A DNA stretch of 62,389 bases, the filler included, from Basidiobolus ranarum (taxonomy: Eukaryota): assembly GCA_040143965.1 (NCBI GenBank). It is 18 parts of 18 records of this genome, joined end to end, with 100 filler letters (N's around TTAATTAATTAA, not from the genome) between each part and the next. Parts side by side here need not be neighbours in the genome. Positions count along the whole stretch, not along the records: positions 10,438 to 13,815 come from JASJQH010009406.1; positions 13,916 to 17,292 come from JASJQH010009407.1; positions 17,393 to 20,769 come from JASJQH010009408.1; positions 20,870 to 24,243 come from JASJQH010009409.1; positions 24,344 to 27,716 come from JASJQH010009410.1; 13 more parts are not named here. One strand, written 5' to 3'. Position 1 is the stretch's first letter; the number at the start of each line of letters is the position of its first letter. Below the pieces are notes generated by a model that saw only the letters and a list, made by a program, of their open reading frames with translations, was not told the DNA's origin and did not search any database. The position numbers and the translations under genes were made by a program. This document shows, in pieces, positions 12,830-25,560 of this stretch.

Positions 12830-13815
12830 ATGTCGATGTCTGAAAAAACGGAACCAGTTCCGCCAAATTCGAACAATACTGTTCAGTTCGACTCCACACA
12901 ACAAGTTCCAGCTCGTGACAGACATTTATCCATCGATGGAAATTTCAACCCTACTGTCCCCTTATCCAAGAAGGATACGCAGCAATCAACAGCTGCTGTT
13001 TCCGTTATGAGTGACTACGACTGGAGCGATGAAGAAGAAATACCCGAGGAAGAGGATGAAGAAGGACATCCTATAGACGCTGCAGTTCCTGAAGAACTAT
13101 TACAAACTGACCCCCAACTAGGATTAACATCTGCAGAGGTCGAGATCCGTAAGAAAAAATATGGTCTCAATCAATTATCTATTGAGACTGAGAACCCTTT
13201 TGTCAAATTTTTAATGTTCTTCTGTGGTCCCATTCAGTATGTGATGTGGATTGCTGTCATTTTGGCTGGTGCTCTCCAGGATTGGGTAGATTTCGGAGTT
13301 ATTATTGGTCTGCTCGCCCTGAATGCTTTCGTTGGTTTCTTGCAAGAATATCAAGCCGGGAATATTATTGATCAGTTGAAGAAAACATTGGCACTGACGG
13401 CAGTAGCAGTAAGAGATGGAAGACAATCTGAAGTTGAAGCCAACACTCTTGTTCCTGGAGATATTATTCTCGTTGAAGATGGTAGTATCATTCCTGCTGA
13501 TGCTCGTGTTCTTGGAGAAGACTCACGTCTACAAGTAGATCAATCAGCACTAACGGGCGAGTCATTAGCAGCATCTAAGGGACCAGGTGATAATTTGTTC
13601 AGTAGTTCGGCTATCAAGCGTGGTAGTTGTTATGCTGTTGTTACTGCTACTGGTGAAAAGACATTCGTTGGACGTGCTGCTACTCTTGCTGGAAAAGCGG
13701 GTAGCGTTGGTCACTTTACTGAAGTTATCAACGGTATTGGTACTGTTTTACTCATACTTGTCGTCTTGTGGTTGTTGATCATTTGGATTTCCGGTTTCTA
13801 TCGTTCAACTGGTAT
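12830..13815 (+). CDS. PMA1: Plasma-membrane H+-ATPase (P3A), N-terminal part, 3' truncated
   Basis: Acidic N-terminus, LLQTDPQLGLT, FLMFFCGPIQYVM, LVPGDI, IPAD, VDQSALTGESL and TFVGRAA. Confidence 0.96.
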
Positions 13816-13915
13816 NNNNNNNNNNNNNNNNNNNNNNNNNNNNNNNNNNNNNNNNNNNNTTAATTAATTAANNNNNNNNNNNNNNNNNNNNNNNNNNNNN
13901 NNNNNNNNNNNNNNN

Positions 13916-16063
13916 GTACTCACCATAAAGCTGATGGTATTACCAATATACTTGATGAATATCACTACCAGAATCTGAAAAGTCAAGGTTTCTTTGAGAA
14001 CACATATGATCATGCATTTGCATTGGATCAGGATGATTTCTTGCTAAACAAATAAACCATTGGAAAGGCTTGCTAGCCAATAATTTTAATTAACCTATGT
14101 CTTCCTCCTCATGAATGGTATAAGAGACATAATATTTTGATACTATCCATCATATATGGACCTAAATCACCAGTGCTTATAGATAGCTTCTTGATTGCTG
14201 AATTTGAATGGTTATCTAATGGGGTTCAGATGGGTGAATATTTTATTAAAGCTAATGTCATTGTATGTAGTGGTGACACTCCTGCCATCAGTAAACATGG
14301 AGGTTTTTGCAGGCACAATGCACTATCTTGCTGTAGATTTTGGCAAATCCATTGAGTTTACTCTATCAGGCATATGCTTTACTTCTATCCAAATGCAGCA
14401 CTAAACTTCATGATTTTACCATCAAGAGCCTGGTCAGATTTCAACATGATCACTGATATCAATTCACCAAATAGTCAGTCTAGCATCAAACTTGGTAATA
14501 ACCATAAGCCCAAGGTTATATTGCTAAAGGAGATCAGCTGGAGGCAGAGATTCCCATTAGGCACTATGCACTTACTATTCAATGACATTCCAATACTACT
14601 TACTCAGCTATATAGTGGAAAATTCAATATGAATGATCCATTTAAGATAGGATCAAAGTTTGAATCAATTGGGAAAATTCTTGAAGGCATCAAGATACCA
14701 TCATATTTTACCAGGACTCCCATCAATATCCACTCATCTAGGCATTTATTCAAATGCAAAGACTGCAAGTATTGGATTCATATGTATTCAAGTGGAATTT
14801 TGAGAAGATTTCTGCCTGATAAGTATTGGCAACATTGGGGGTTGTTTGTCAATATTGTTAATATATTCTTACAGCATCAACTCACATTGGCAGATCTCAG
14901 GCAGATACAGTGACTGTGCAAAGATTTGGTAATTGCATATGAAAACTTTATTACAGGTTTAAAGAAGAAAGCATGAATCTATGCCGGTATTCAATACATT
15001 CCCTGCTGCATCTTTCACAATGCTTAGAGATTATAGGCCCTTGCTATACATTCTGGGAGTTCCCAATGGAGCACACCTGCGGTGAAATGATGCTCTGTGT
15101 GAAATTGTCAGTATTACCATATGCTAATCTGATTAACAATGTATCAGCAAAATCAGTGAGGGATATAATGCAATGGGTTACAGAGACTCCAGAGTATATC
15201 AACCTTCCAACAAAGGGCTCTTTTCAATGTGTTCATGGGTTTTTGCATTGTTTGAGCACAATAACAACAACAAAGCCCAATCCATGGACAAGGGTTAAGT
15301 GCCTCTATAATACCAACCAATTTGTTTATGTAATAATTTGACAATATTTTTAGGAAAGCTGCAAGACAGACTTTGAGGTGAGATAGATCACAATATGCAG
15401 TATTATTGTTTTAGCCATGGGGTAATCTATTCAAGCATTGACACATCTACCTGTGGCAGGACATTTGTTGACTGCAAGTTGGGGATATATTGGCTGAATG
15501 TTTTACAGAAATATGCCAAAATCCAAGAGCTTATTCTCATTGTGAATAGTAACATGAGTCAGCTATTTGCCATGTGTCAGTGCTATTCAAAATTTCTGAT
15601 GTTTAGCAACTTTTCCACCATTAGTTTGCCGGTAAAGCATATTGATGTTGTAGAGTTATGTCTGATCAGTCCAGTGTGTGCATATGTAGAGACTAAACAC
15701 AACAAGATTCTTGTATTTTTTGATTTTCATTATGGCTGGAATACAGAGCCTAATATATCTAAACAAAGGCATGCATATTAATACAAATTCCTACAGCAGT
15801 AAACCCAGAAATTTGCCATTTGAAAATTAAATTTTTGTAAAAATTGCTGGATATTGAATAACACATGCCAAATATGAGGATCAATATTTTAACATGTATT
15901 AATACCATCAAAATATCATCAAAATAATATTAAGAAACTGCCATCACACCATCAAAATCCCTGGCAGAATTCAAGCCACCAATTTTGTGATGTTGCTCTG
16001 ATAGTTTTCCTATTTCAGAGGGTGGATCCAATGCGGTTCAAATTGATTTAATTTCTATTAGGG
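13916..16063 (+). mobile_element. CACTA/EnSpm (CMC)-type transposase pseudogene plus element end A
   Basis: Transposase_21/DUF4218-like motifs: GPKSP..IDSFL, GDTPA, HNALSCCRF, FPLGTMHLLF, IHSLLHL, GPCYTFWEFPME, PYANL. Homology with other copies stops at ...ATTTCTATTAGGG (16063). Confidence 0.85.
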
Positions 16064-16067
16064 ATTT

Positions 16068-17292
16068 CTCACATTTGAAGTCCCAAGTTTCTTTGATATT
16101 TTCTCCTGAATATGATTATAGAGTTCTTCATGCCCAAGGATTAGGTCATATCCAACACAAGTTTATATTAATATCTCTATCAAAGCCCCCCATTGTATTA
16201 ATGTTGCTGAATCAACATTCTTCCCACTATCTGGTGGATACCCTGCAATATTGTGCCACTCTGAATTAAGTTCTTCTCAGATATCTGCATGGTCAACACC
16301 AGACTGAATGGCAAATTGAATGTTCTTCTTCTGAAGCCACTTTCTGATAACTTGCACTGCACCTTTCCCTTCATACTTTTGAAAATACTCCTATGACACT
16401 TTCATTATATTTGTATGTCAATGTAGTGTGACACTACTGAGGGTGCTGTGCAGTGTTTGTGCAGCTTTTTACTTGTCTTTAACTTTGAGACTAATTTCAA
16501 CACTATGAAATGTACCAGTAGAGGTTGGAGAGTAGAGAATCTTATATGCTGGTGTTTTGGCTTATATAGTGATGCCAGTCTTGGAAAAACTTCTGAATTT
16601 GGTCCTCTTGCAAGTGGTGTACCTGGTTCTATGGTAAAATTAAGCCTTTCTGCCATTATATCTGCTGGTATATATAACTCTGGAAATACAGATCTTCATG
16701 CTGGTGTGAAGAACTTGTTTAGTGGGGCAGTAAGGCCTAAACTTACTGGCTCCTTTGCTTTTCCCTTGGTTTTACTCACTTCCTGCTCCTAGAGTACTGA
16801 TTTAGCCACCTCTCTTATTTTTCCAAGTCAATAACTGCATACAATTTTGAGATGTTTTGTGAATAGGCCTGTACTTGCCCATTATCATTTGTTTGCCAAA
16901 ACCCAGGATAAGCCACATGAAGTAAGTCAAGCACCTTCAAAGTAATGTAGTTTTTACTTATGACTGCATACAAATCATAATGGTGTTTTGCCTGCAACTG
17001 CCTTTTTGTGAAAGTTCTATCAAAGTTGTTTATGGAGTCGTATGCAATAGTTGGCAAAGTGGGCATTTTAGAAGTTGATGGTCTTGATGATGTTTCTGTT
17101 AAACTTTGCTAAACTATTTATTTAATATGTAATTGAGGGATAATAAGCACTTCACTTGCACTTTCACTAGAAAGGAAGACTTCTGGTAAGTTGATTGATG
17201 TTTCATCATTACTTGAGTTAGTTTCCTGCATGTTAATGCCTTCCAAAGTAGATAGTGGATTGCTAGACTGCTAATCAATTAAGTCCTTTGTT
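16068..17292 (-). mobile_element. Second ORF (ORF2) region of the same CACTA-like family, decayed
   Basis: Homologous to 17393-17640(+), 18480-19340(-) and 60521-62389(+). Confidence 0.7.
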
Positions 17293-17392
17293 NNNNNNNN
17301 NNNNNNNNNNNNNNNNNNNNNNNNNNNNNNNNNNNNTTAATTAATTAANNNNNNNNNNNNNNNNNNNNNNNNNNNNNNNNNNNNNNNNNNNN

Positions 17393-17816
17393 CATTCAGT
17401 CTGGTGTTGACCATGCAGATATCTGGGAAGAACTTAATACAGAGTGGCACAATATTGCAGGGTATCTGCCAAATAGCTGGAAGAATGTTGATTCAGCAAC
17501 ATTGATACAATAGTGGGCTTTGCTGGAGATATTGATACAAACTTGTGTTAGGTATGAGCTAAACCTTGGGTATGACAAACACTATAAAAATATTCAGGGG
17601 AAAATATCAAAGAGACTAGGGATTTCAAATGTGACAAATTATCCATCAAGCATAACTATTTTGCAAGATCTTGATATTTCACTCCAGAAACTGAAAAAAT
17701 TGATTGAAATCAAATTTAACTTGATGATTTTAAGACAGTATGTAAATGGTCAATCCTAAATGGATTAGAATTGCAATGGTTTTCCTTCAACAACAATCCT
17801 CCAATTTCTGTTAGGG
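17393..17816 (+). mobile_element. CACTA-like ORF2 3' part and element end B
   Basis: Ends ATTTCTGTTAGGG at 17816. It is an inverted homologue of 18234-18735. Confidence 0.75.
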
Positions 17817-17949
17817 ATGATCATGCAAAGTGTCCATAGAAGTTTCAAAAGCAGCTTTCCATTTGTCTCCTGGTTGGATTCTTACAAGACTCTAAGCACC
17901 TCTAGAGTCAGTCTTTGTAAATACCTAGGCTACAGCAAACTAATCACAG

Positions 17950-18233
17950 AGTGAGTTGATTAATGGCAAGGGGTGCCAGTTTTTGACTGTAATGCTATTT
18001 AGGCCCCAATAAACATCACAGAGACTGCAGGATGCATCCTTTTTCTTGATAAATATGATTGGAGAGCCTGTTGAAGACTTTAAATGTTAGATGAACCTTC
18101 TCCATATTTTGAGCAATATATTCTTTTGGAATATTGCGTTATGGCTGGGCCAGCCAGTTGATAGGCCCAAATGGTTATTGCTTTCCTTCTGGTAGATCCA
18201 TGGGGCAATCATAAGGGTTGAGAGCTGGGAGTA
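17950..18233 (-). mobile_element. Ty3/Gypsy (Tf2-like) RT N-terminal relic
   Basis: PYDCPMDLPEGKQ*PFGPI...KEYI and a degenerate IFIKKKD.SCSLCDVYWGLNSITVKNWHPLPLI. Confidence 0.7.
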
Positions 18234-20028
18234 CCCTAACAGAAATTTGAGGATTGTTATCATAGGAAAACCATCACAATATTAATCAATTTGGGATTTA
18301 CTGTTTACTAACCATCATAGAGTTGTCAAGTTAGACTTGATTTTAATCAATTTTCAGTTGCAGGAGTGAAATTTCAAGATCTTTTGAAATAGCTGCACAC
18401 AATTTGCTACAATCTTGGAGAACTATAGATCAACACATGTGCAAAAAACATAACTCAAATTTTACACATTTACCACTTGAGAGTAAATTTGTTACCTTTG
18501 AATTCTCTAGTTTCTTTGATATATTCTCCTGAATATCTTTATAGAGTTCTTCATACCCAAAGCTTAGCTCATATCCAGCACAAGTTTGTAACAATATCTC
18601 CATCAAAGCCCACTATCATATTACCATTGCTGAATCAACATTCTTCCAGCTATCTGGCAGATACCTTGCAATATTGTGCCACTCTGTTTTAGGTTCTTCC
18701 CAGATATCTGCACAGTCAACACCAGACTGAATGTCAAATTGAATGTTCTTCTTATGCAGCCACTTTCTGCATACTTGCACTGTGTTTTCCCTTCATACTT
18801 CTGAAAATACTCCTCAAGCATCATGATTATTTTTATATATCCTTGTAGTGTGACACTACTGAGGGTGCTTTGCAGTGTTAGTATGCCTTTTTGTATGCAG
18901 TTAAGTTTGGTGCAAATTTCAACACTTTGAAAAGTACTAGTTGAGGTTGGAGAACTGTGAGTTTAATTTGCTGGTATTTTGGCTTGTTGAGAAGTGCCAG
19001 GTGTTGAATGAATTTCCAAATTTAGCACTCTCCCAATTAGTGTACCTGGTTACATCATGAAATTAAGCTCTTTGCCAGTATATATGACTCTGGAAATGCG
19101 GATCTTTGTAACGGTGTCAAGAGTTTGATAAATGGGAAAGTAAAGCCTAAAATCACTTTCTCCATTGTGTTTCCATTGGGTTTACTAACTTTCTGCTCCT
19201 AGAGTACTCATTAGCTGTTTTTCTTCCTTTTCCAAGTTGACAGATTCATACATTTTTGAGATGTTTCAAGTAAAGGCCTATATAAGCCCAATTGCCATTT
19301 GCTTGCAACAACCCAGGATAAGCCACATGGAAATAAGTTAAGAAAATTCTGAGTAATGGCTGGTCATTGATTTTTCCAAATAGTCAGTCTAACATCAAAC
19401 TTAGTATTAGCTGTAAGCCTAAGATTATATTGCTAAAGGGGATCAGCTGGAGCCAGAGCTTCCCATTAGGCACTATGCACTATCTATTCAAAAACATTCC
19501 AATACTACTTACTCAGCTATATAGTGGAAAATTCAGTATGAATGTGCCATTGATGATAGAATTGAAGTCTGAATCAATTGGGAAAATGCTTGAAAATGTC
19601 AAGATGTCATTATATTTTACCAGGACTCCCAGCAACTTCCACTCACCTTGGTGCTTATTCAAATGCAAAGACTGGAAGTAATGGTTTTGTGTATATTCAA
19701 GTGGAATCTTGAAGATTTTCTGCCTGATAAGTATTGGCAACGTTGGGAGTTGTTTGTCAATATTGTTAATATATTCTTATGGCATCAACTCACATTGGCA
19801 GACCTCAGGCAGATACAGTGACTGTGCAAAGATTTTCTAATTGGATATGAAAAACTTTATTACAGGCTCAAAGAAGATAAACTGAATCTAGGCCAGTATT
19901 TGGTACATTCTCTGCTACATCTTTCACAATGCTGAGAGAATATAGGCCCTTGCTATGCATTCTGGTAGTTCCCAATGGAGTGCACCTGTGGTGAAATGAT
20001 GCTCCGTGTGAAATTGTCAGTATTACTA
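18234..20028 (+). mobile_element. Internally deleted CACTA-like element: end B, ORF2 on the minus strand (18480-19340), transposase on the plus strand (19370-20028)
   Basis: Starts CCCTAACAGAAAT. The ORF2 homology is followed by FPLGTMH...FKCKDWK...GPCYAF. Confidence 0.8.
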
Positions 20029-20029
20029 T

Positions 20030-20405
20030 TATTGGTAAAATATGGGCTGTTTGGAAGAGGTTTAGGAAAGTGCAGTTGTAAATAGCTTTGTGAGATAATT
20101 ATTTATTGTCCAGAAATAAAGCATTTTTACATTTTGGTGGAAATAGAGTAAATTGATACTGGGATTGTGTTCAGAACATCTGTGGGAGTAAAATGCTACG
20201 TTTGTGGCAATTTAGACAGGTTTGAAATTTCCAATATGGAATTGCTAATTCTCACATCATTCACATATTTATATTATATATGTTCCAATTTTCAGTTAAG
20301 TGATATTTGATTAAATAATGTTAACTAACTTATATGTGATATATGAAATAGTTAGGTGTATAGAGATAGAGATAATAAGGATGCTAAAGACAATAAATTT
20401 CAACA
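20030..20405 (-). mobile_element. LTR family B (Copia) solo LTR
   Basis: Reverse complement of the LTR at 58137-58390. On the minus strand it reads TGTTGAAAT...CCAATA. The 20275-20405 part also occurs at 34976-35104. Confidence 0.75.
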
Positions 20406-20869
20406 CTCTCACTCAACTCAATATTCATATATGTTTATCCTAACTGATACCAAAATTATTCAAATTTTGGCATGGTTAATGTTTGGTAAGCATGTCAGGA
20501 ATCATGTCCCAAGCAGGAGAGTACTGTAATTGGACAAGCATATTCTCAATAGCTCTTCTAATAAAGTGATGTTGAATGTCAATGTGCTTACTTCTAGCAT
20601 GAAATTTGGGATTTTTAGCTGAAGATATACAACTTTGATTATGCTTGAAAATTATGGTGGGTGAACTTTAAAATATGCCCTAGTCTTTGAGCAGTGTCCT
20701 TAACCACATCGCCTCCTTTGGTTTAGGGGATGCTGCCAGGTACTCTGCTTCAGTGGTTGAAGGTGCTATNNNNNNNNNNNNNNNNNNNNNNNNNNNNNNN
20801 NNNNNNNNNNNNNTTAATTAATTAANNNNNNNNNNNNNNNNNNNNNNNNNNNNNNNNNNNNNNNNNNNN

Positions 20870-21730
20870 AGATTACTCCTAGACCCACAAGCAAAAGTTC
20901 TCCATCCTTTAGAGCAGTCTGCTATCTACTCTGTACCTAATGGTGTAATGCAAGGCTCTGTTCTTGGCCTTATTCTGTTTGCTATCTTTCTGAATGACTT
21001 CTCCAGTCTCTCTCCAGGCTCTATGGTTACTCTCTTTGCTGATAATATCAGAATCTCCTTCTTCAATATCCAACAAGACTCTGAGCCTAATAGCAGTTAT
21101 ATCCAGCAGAATATTCTCCAACTATCTTTAGCCAAGACTATTCCTCCAGGCTGCTCACTCTCTTTGAATGGTTCAACTCAATCTGCTCAGAGCTTGGCTA
21201 CTTACCTTGGATTCCCTTTCCTTCCTGATAGCTTGTACTTTGCTGATCACCTTAAGAAAAGAATGGTTTTGGAAAGGCAGGCTCTTCACAAGCTACTGGC
21301 TGTTACTCCCCCTATTACTTCTGCTCCCAGTTGTCTACTTCTCCTCAAACTCCTTCTCTTTCCAGTTCTAGAATTTGGCTTACCTCTTCTTTCTCTCACT
21401 TCCAGGCACTTCACTAAACTTGACAGACTTCCCTAGTTTCCTATCTGCCTGAGTGCCCTTACAGATGTGCCATTCTTGGTGCCTTTGGATTACTTCCATA
21501 CAGTATTAGAATACTCTACCTCAATACTAGACTGGTCATCAGGATTTGCAAGAGTCAGGACCCTCTGATTATGTTCTGGAGAGGTTCCCACTTTACCAAT
21601 CCTTCTTCTTGCTGGAGAATACTACTAGGAGATCCTGAAGTCAGAAATTTACTTTGTTTAAAGAACAAGTTGAGAAGCCCTCCCTTGCCTACATGGAATA
21701 CTTGGTGGACCTTTGGCAGCAATATCTTTA
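20870..21730 (+). mobile_element. Non-LTR retrotransposon (LINE) RT C-terminal fragment
   Basis: VPNGVMQGSVLGLILFAIFLNDF, LFADNI, TYLG and PVLEFG. Same family as 24344-25560. Confidence 0.85.
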
Positions 21731-22894
21731 GAAACACACTCCCATGATGCTTTAATTAAGAAACTACAAAAGTAGTTATGGCTTCTTTGTTTTGTTTTAA
21801 ATAGAGATTTCACCTCTGGGTGACTGTCTCCTCCTAACCCAAAGTTTTTGATTAGTATGAAAGTTAAATAAAGTCTGCAGCACCTGGTGCTTATCATCCC
21901 CCTACATACAGATCTTATTTGGCAGATTTAGTCAAAGAATGTGGAATTCCAGATATACAGACTTTTCAAACTTGTGCTAGAGGCCCTACTCTTTATGCAC
22001 ATTCCTGGGACCTTCTTTAGCACAATCTACATGTTAGTTTGTTTTCATCCTAACAAGACTACATATATCAACTTTCTACTCAATAAATCAATAAGCAAAA
22101 ACCACTAATTTCTCTGATTCTCCAAGTCACTTCCAACAGGCACCTAAATACTTAGACAGAAACTAGTTTCTAATACAACAACAACAACAGCCTGCACAAT
22201 CAGAATACATTGTTAGAACATGTTGATGCAAAATATATACCCGATCTCTTTCTAATTGATTTTGTGGATAGAAGCTGTAATAATTAGTGGCCAAGATTAC
22301 AAAAAAAATCTTTTAATACTGAATTATACATTAGCTACCTCCTACCTGGTGAAACTTTGTTATACCATACTTTGTAATTTTAGTATTTCATATGCTAGGC
22401 CTTTGTATTCCACTTGAATGTTCAAAAGCCTACCACATGAAATAAACTGCTATTTAATCACTTTCATCCAGTATATATAGAGCTCTTTAACTCATATTTC
22501 AAGACACCCTGCCTCAGCTACTTTGATACTTACTATGTAACTATTCATCACCTTTCTAGCATCCTGTGGTATTCTCTTCCAAGTTGCCTCCAGTATTCCA
22601 GCCAGCTACTATCCTTACCAGTATTGCCCACAAGTGTATGGTCGTTATGTAGGTAATCCATGTATTCAACAAGGATCTTTTTGTAGCTGGGTGATTCAGA
22701 CAAGAGTAGCACCAGAAGCTAGTGTCCCAATACTGAAGCAGAAATTTGTCATCATTACTCAAAAGTATGATGACTTTAATACCACCAAAGCTAACAACAG
22801 AAAATTTGTGGTGGGTTAAACCAAGGATGGGGTATATACTGATTCATATGTAGGAGAATGAAAGTAAGTAGATATTAGCCCACCTAACCCTAAG

Positions 22895-22982
22895 CCCTAC
22901 TATTGCTATTATTGTACCCTACTATTGCTCTTATTGTACCCTACTATTGCTCTTATTGTACCCTACTATTGCTATTATTGTA
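22895..22982 (+). repeat. 4 x 22-bp minisatellite (CCCTACTATTGCTMTTATTGTA)
   Basis: Four tandem units, preceded by CCTAACCCTAA. Confidence 0.9.
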
Positions 22983-23670
22983 CTTCATGATATTCTACTC
23001 CCATTTAGTTGGACAGGCCACTACTTCAATTTCTATTTCCACCCTTTCCTTTAGCTAATATTTTAAATATTCCTAATATTAGGATTGTTACTAACAATTA
23101 AATGTAGGATTTTTCTGTTTTAGTCAAACTACCTTCACACATCATACAAATCCACATTACCTTAAAGCACTGTTCCTTTCGCTTCATATTCTCAAATAAT
23201 ACTGAAAACAGTCACAGTAGGAATATGTACATGATATACAATTCTCGATCTATCTTTCTGTATTTCTCAGTTATCGTTTCTGTATTTCTCAGCTATTGCA
23301 CGAAAAAAAATCTAGCAATAACTAGGTTGTTTGCTAAACGCGTATCAGAATAGTAATACTCCGTGATAGAAGTGACTGATTGAACAACATTCATTTAACA
23401 ATCGAGACAGTCTTTGCTTGATTAAATCTAGAGTAAACAAGATTACACCATGCATAGCCTACTATAATGTACTATTAGTGCAATATACACGTGTAATCCC
23501 GTTGACAAGGTTACTCCATTTTCCTCCAACCATTTTTTTCGCTATGATTGAGGCTTTGAAGGAAGTAATACTTAGCTTCTGTTATCACCTGGAATTAGTG
23601 TTTACAATCATCGCATCAAGAGGGTTTTTCTTTTATTCAAATAAAACATCTTAATACATTAACCAGTTGG

Positions 23671-24243
23671 CTAGAAAAGTGCACAATAATTCTTAGCGCA
23701 GGAAGTACTTTCAAAGCCACAGTCTTGATCCTTGGTGCATCTTTGATAAGAAGTTCCACTACAGATGAGTAAGATTAATTACTGATATAAGGAGTACCTG
23801 ACACTAGGGTTAGAGTTAGTGAATATTATTGTTACCTTTTAATGTTATTTATATAGCACCACTCTGGAGCACTCTGCGGCGGAGCTGCATATCCAATGCC
23901 AAATGAGAGGATTCCTATACCACCATGGCACTTGCAACAATATTAATCAACCTTTCTATGAAGCAGCCATAGTTACTTTGGTACTTACTCTTCTCCAGCA
24001 ATACCCTTTGTGACAGCCACAAATATCCTTCCCACCTTTCTGTTTGGTGACTCCACATGTCAGGTCACTCTTTTCCCAAGAGTCGATAACATGGTTTAAA
24101 CGATCAAGAGCATCGAAGAATATATCTACTCCATCAGACGCGTCTCGCTTTTCCACCTTATGGCCTGGCTGGCCTAAACTAGTGGTGAATTGCTGTATCA
24201 TCTTCACGCAATCTTTAAACCTGGCTTCCTTATTAACTGGAAC
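23671..24243 (-). CDS. Cysteine-rich, probably secreted protein with a Tha p 2-like domain, 5' truncated. Exons 24243-23989, 23930-23836, 23758-23671
   Basis: GT-AG splicing yields ...VEKRDASDG...ICGCHKGYCWRRCHGG...PEWCYINNIKSGTSYQRCTKDQDCGFESTSCAKNYCALF*. The phases are consistent. Confidence 0.75.
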
Positions 24244-24343
24244 NNNNNNNNNNNNNNNNNNNNNNNNNNNNNNNNNNNNNNNNNNNNTTAATTAATTAAN
24301 NNNNNNNNNNNNNNNNNNNNNNNNNNNNNNNNNNNNNNNNNNN

Positions 24344-25560
24344 AACTAGATAGTCAATTGGACAAAAACGTGGATTAATAGGAATCTTGATAGGTGTGTT
24401 AGAGGCAAGGTATTGCTTCCAAAGGTCTAGCTGGATGTCTATAGCAACAATTTTAGGCTGTTGTGTTTCATGCAGCTGTAAAGCTAACTCAGAAACAAGA
24501 GGATCACCTTGTATCAATTTCCAGCATGATAGTGCATTTGAAGATGGTGTGGCTAGCCAATTCTAAATCAGTGGATTTCTGCAGTCATTTAGTTGAAGTA
24601 GAAATCTTGCCCTGAGTAAAGATACTCTAATATTATATGGGAAGAATCCAAAAGTTCCATTCAGAGCATGATCATAGGGAGCCTCAGGCAAGTCAGGTAT
24701 CAGCAGCCTGAGGCAGTAGCTGATGAATCCTTCAAGCTTAGAGTAGTCTCTTTGGTTGAGAGGGAGCAGATGTACTCCATATTCCAGAACTGGTATTATA
24801 AACTGCTTGAGAAGTCTTTGACAGCCATGATAAAATGTATTGGGTGGTATAACAGCAAGTAACTTCTGAAAAGCCTGATTAGCCAAGGCAATACTGACTG
24901 ACAAGTGTTTCTTCATATCAATGCCAGTTTAAGTAAATTGAAAGCTTAGATATGTTGCATGGCTCATATGAAGAAGCTAAATAGCATACAAGGAAATGGT
25001 GCAACCAATTGGAATTGTTTTGGCAATGGAAAGCTCCAAGTTATTTTCTGAATGGTTTTTCTGAATAGTGGCAGTATCCAGCTGAGGCTGAGAAGTAGAA
25101 ACTCCAATATCATCAACAAATAAAGTAAGCTGGGATCCAGGGTATAGCCGAGGAAAATCATTGAGAAATATCACAAAAAGCAGAGAACCTAGCACTGAAC
25201 CTTGCATCACACAATTGGGCACTAGATATAAGCAGGAAGTGAATTCAGGATGGAGGACTCTAGCTCTATTTTCAATAAAAAAGGCTCTCCTGTAGAAAAT
25301 TTCTCAGATATTGATATTTTTTTAATTTTTATTAATTTGCAAGTCTCTGGGAAACCAAAGTGCAGATATTGTCCTTCAGACTCTGAAAGCTTTTAAGTAT
25401 TTTAATTTTACCATAGGTAGACTGGCTACTCTTTAGCTTGGTAATTGGCAATTTACTTATTGAGAATATCCTTTATGACACTATTTAGAGTAACAAGGAA
25501 ACTTGATTAACTTGATGAATTGGTAATATTTGCAAAAACTTTGTGAAGTTTACAAAATTA
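24344..25560 (-). mobile_element. Non-LTR retrotransposon (LINE) RT fragment
   Basis: VMQGSVLGSLLFVIFLNDF, LFVDDI and PVLEYG, with frameshifts. Confidence 0.85.
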
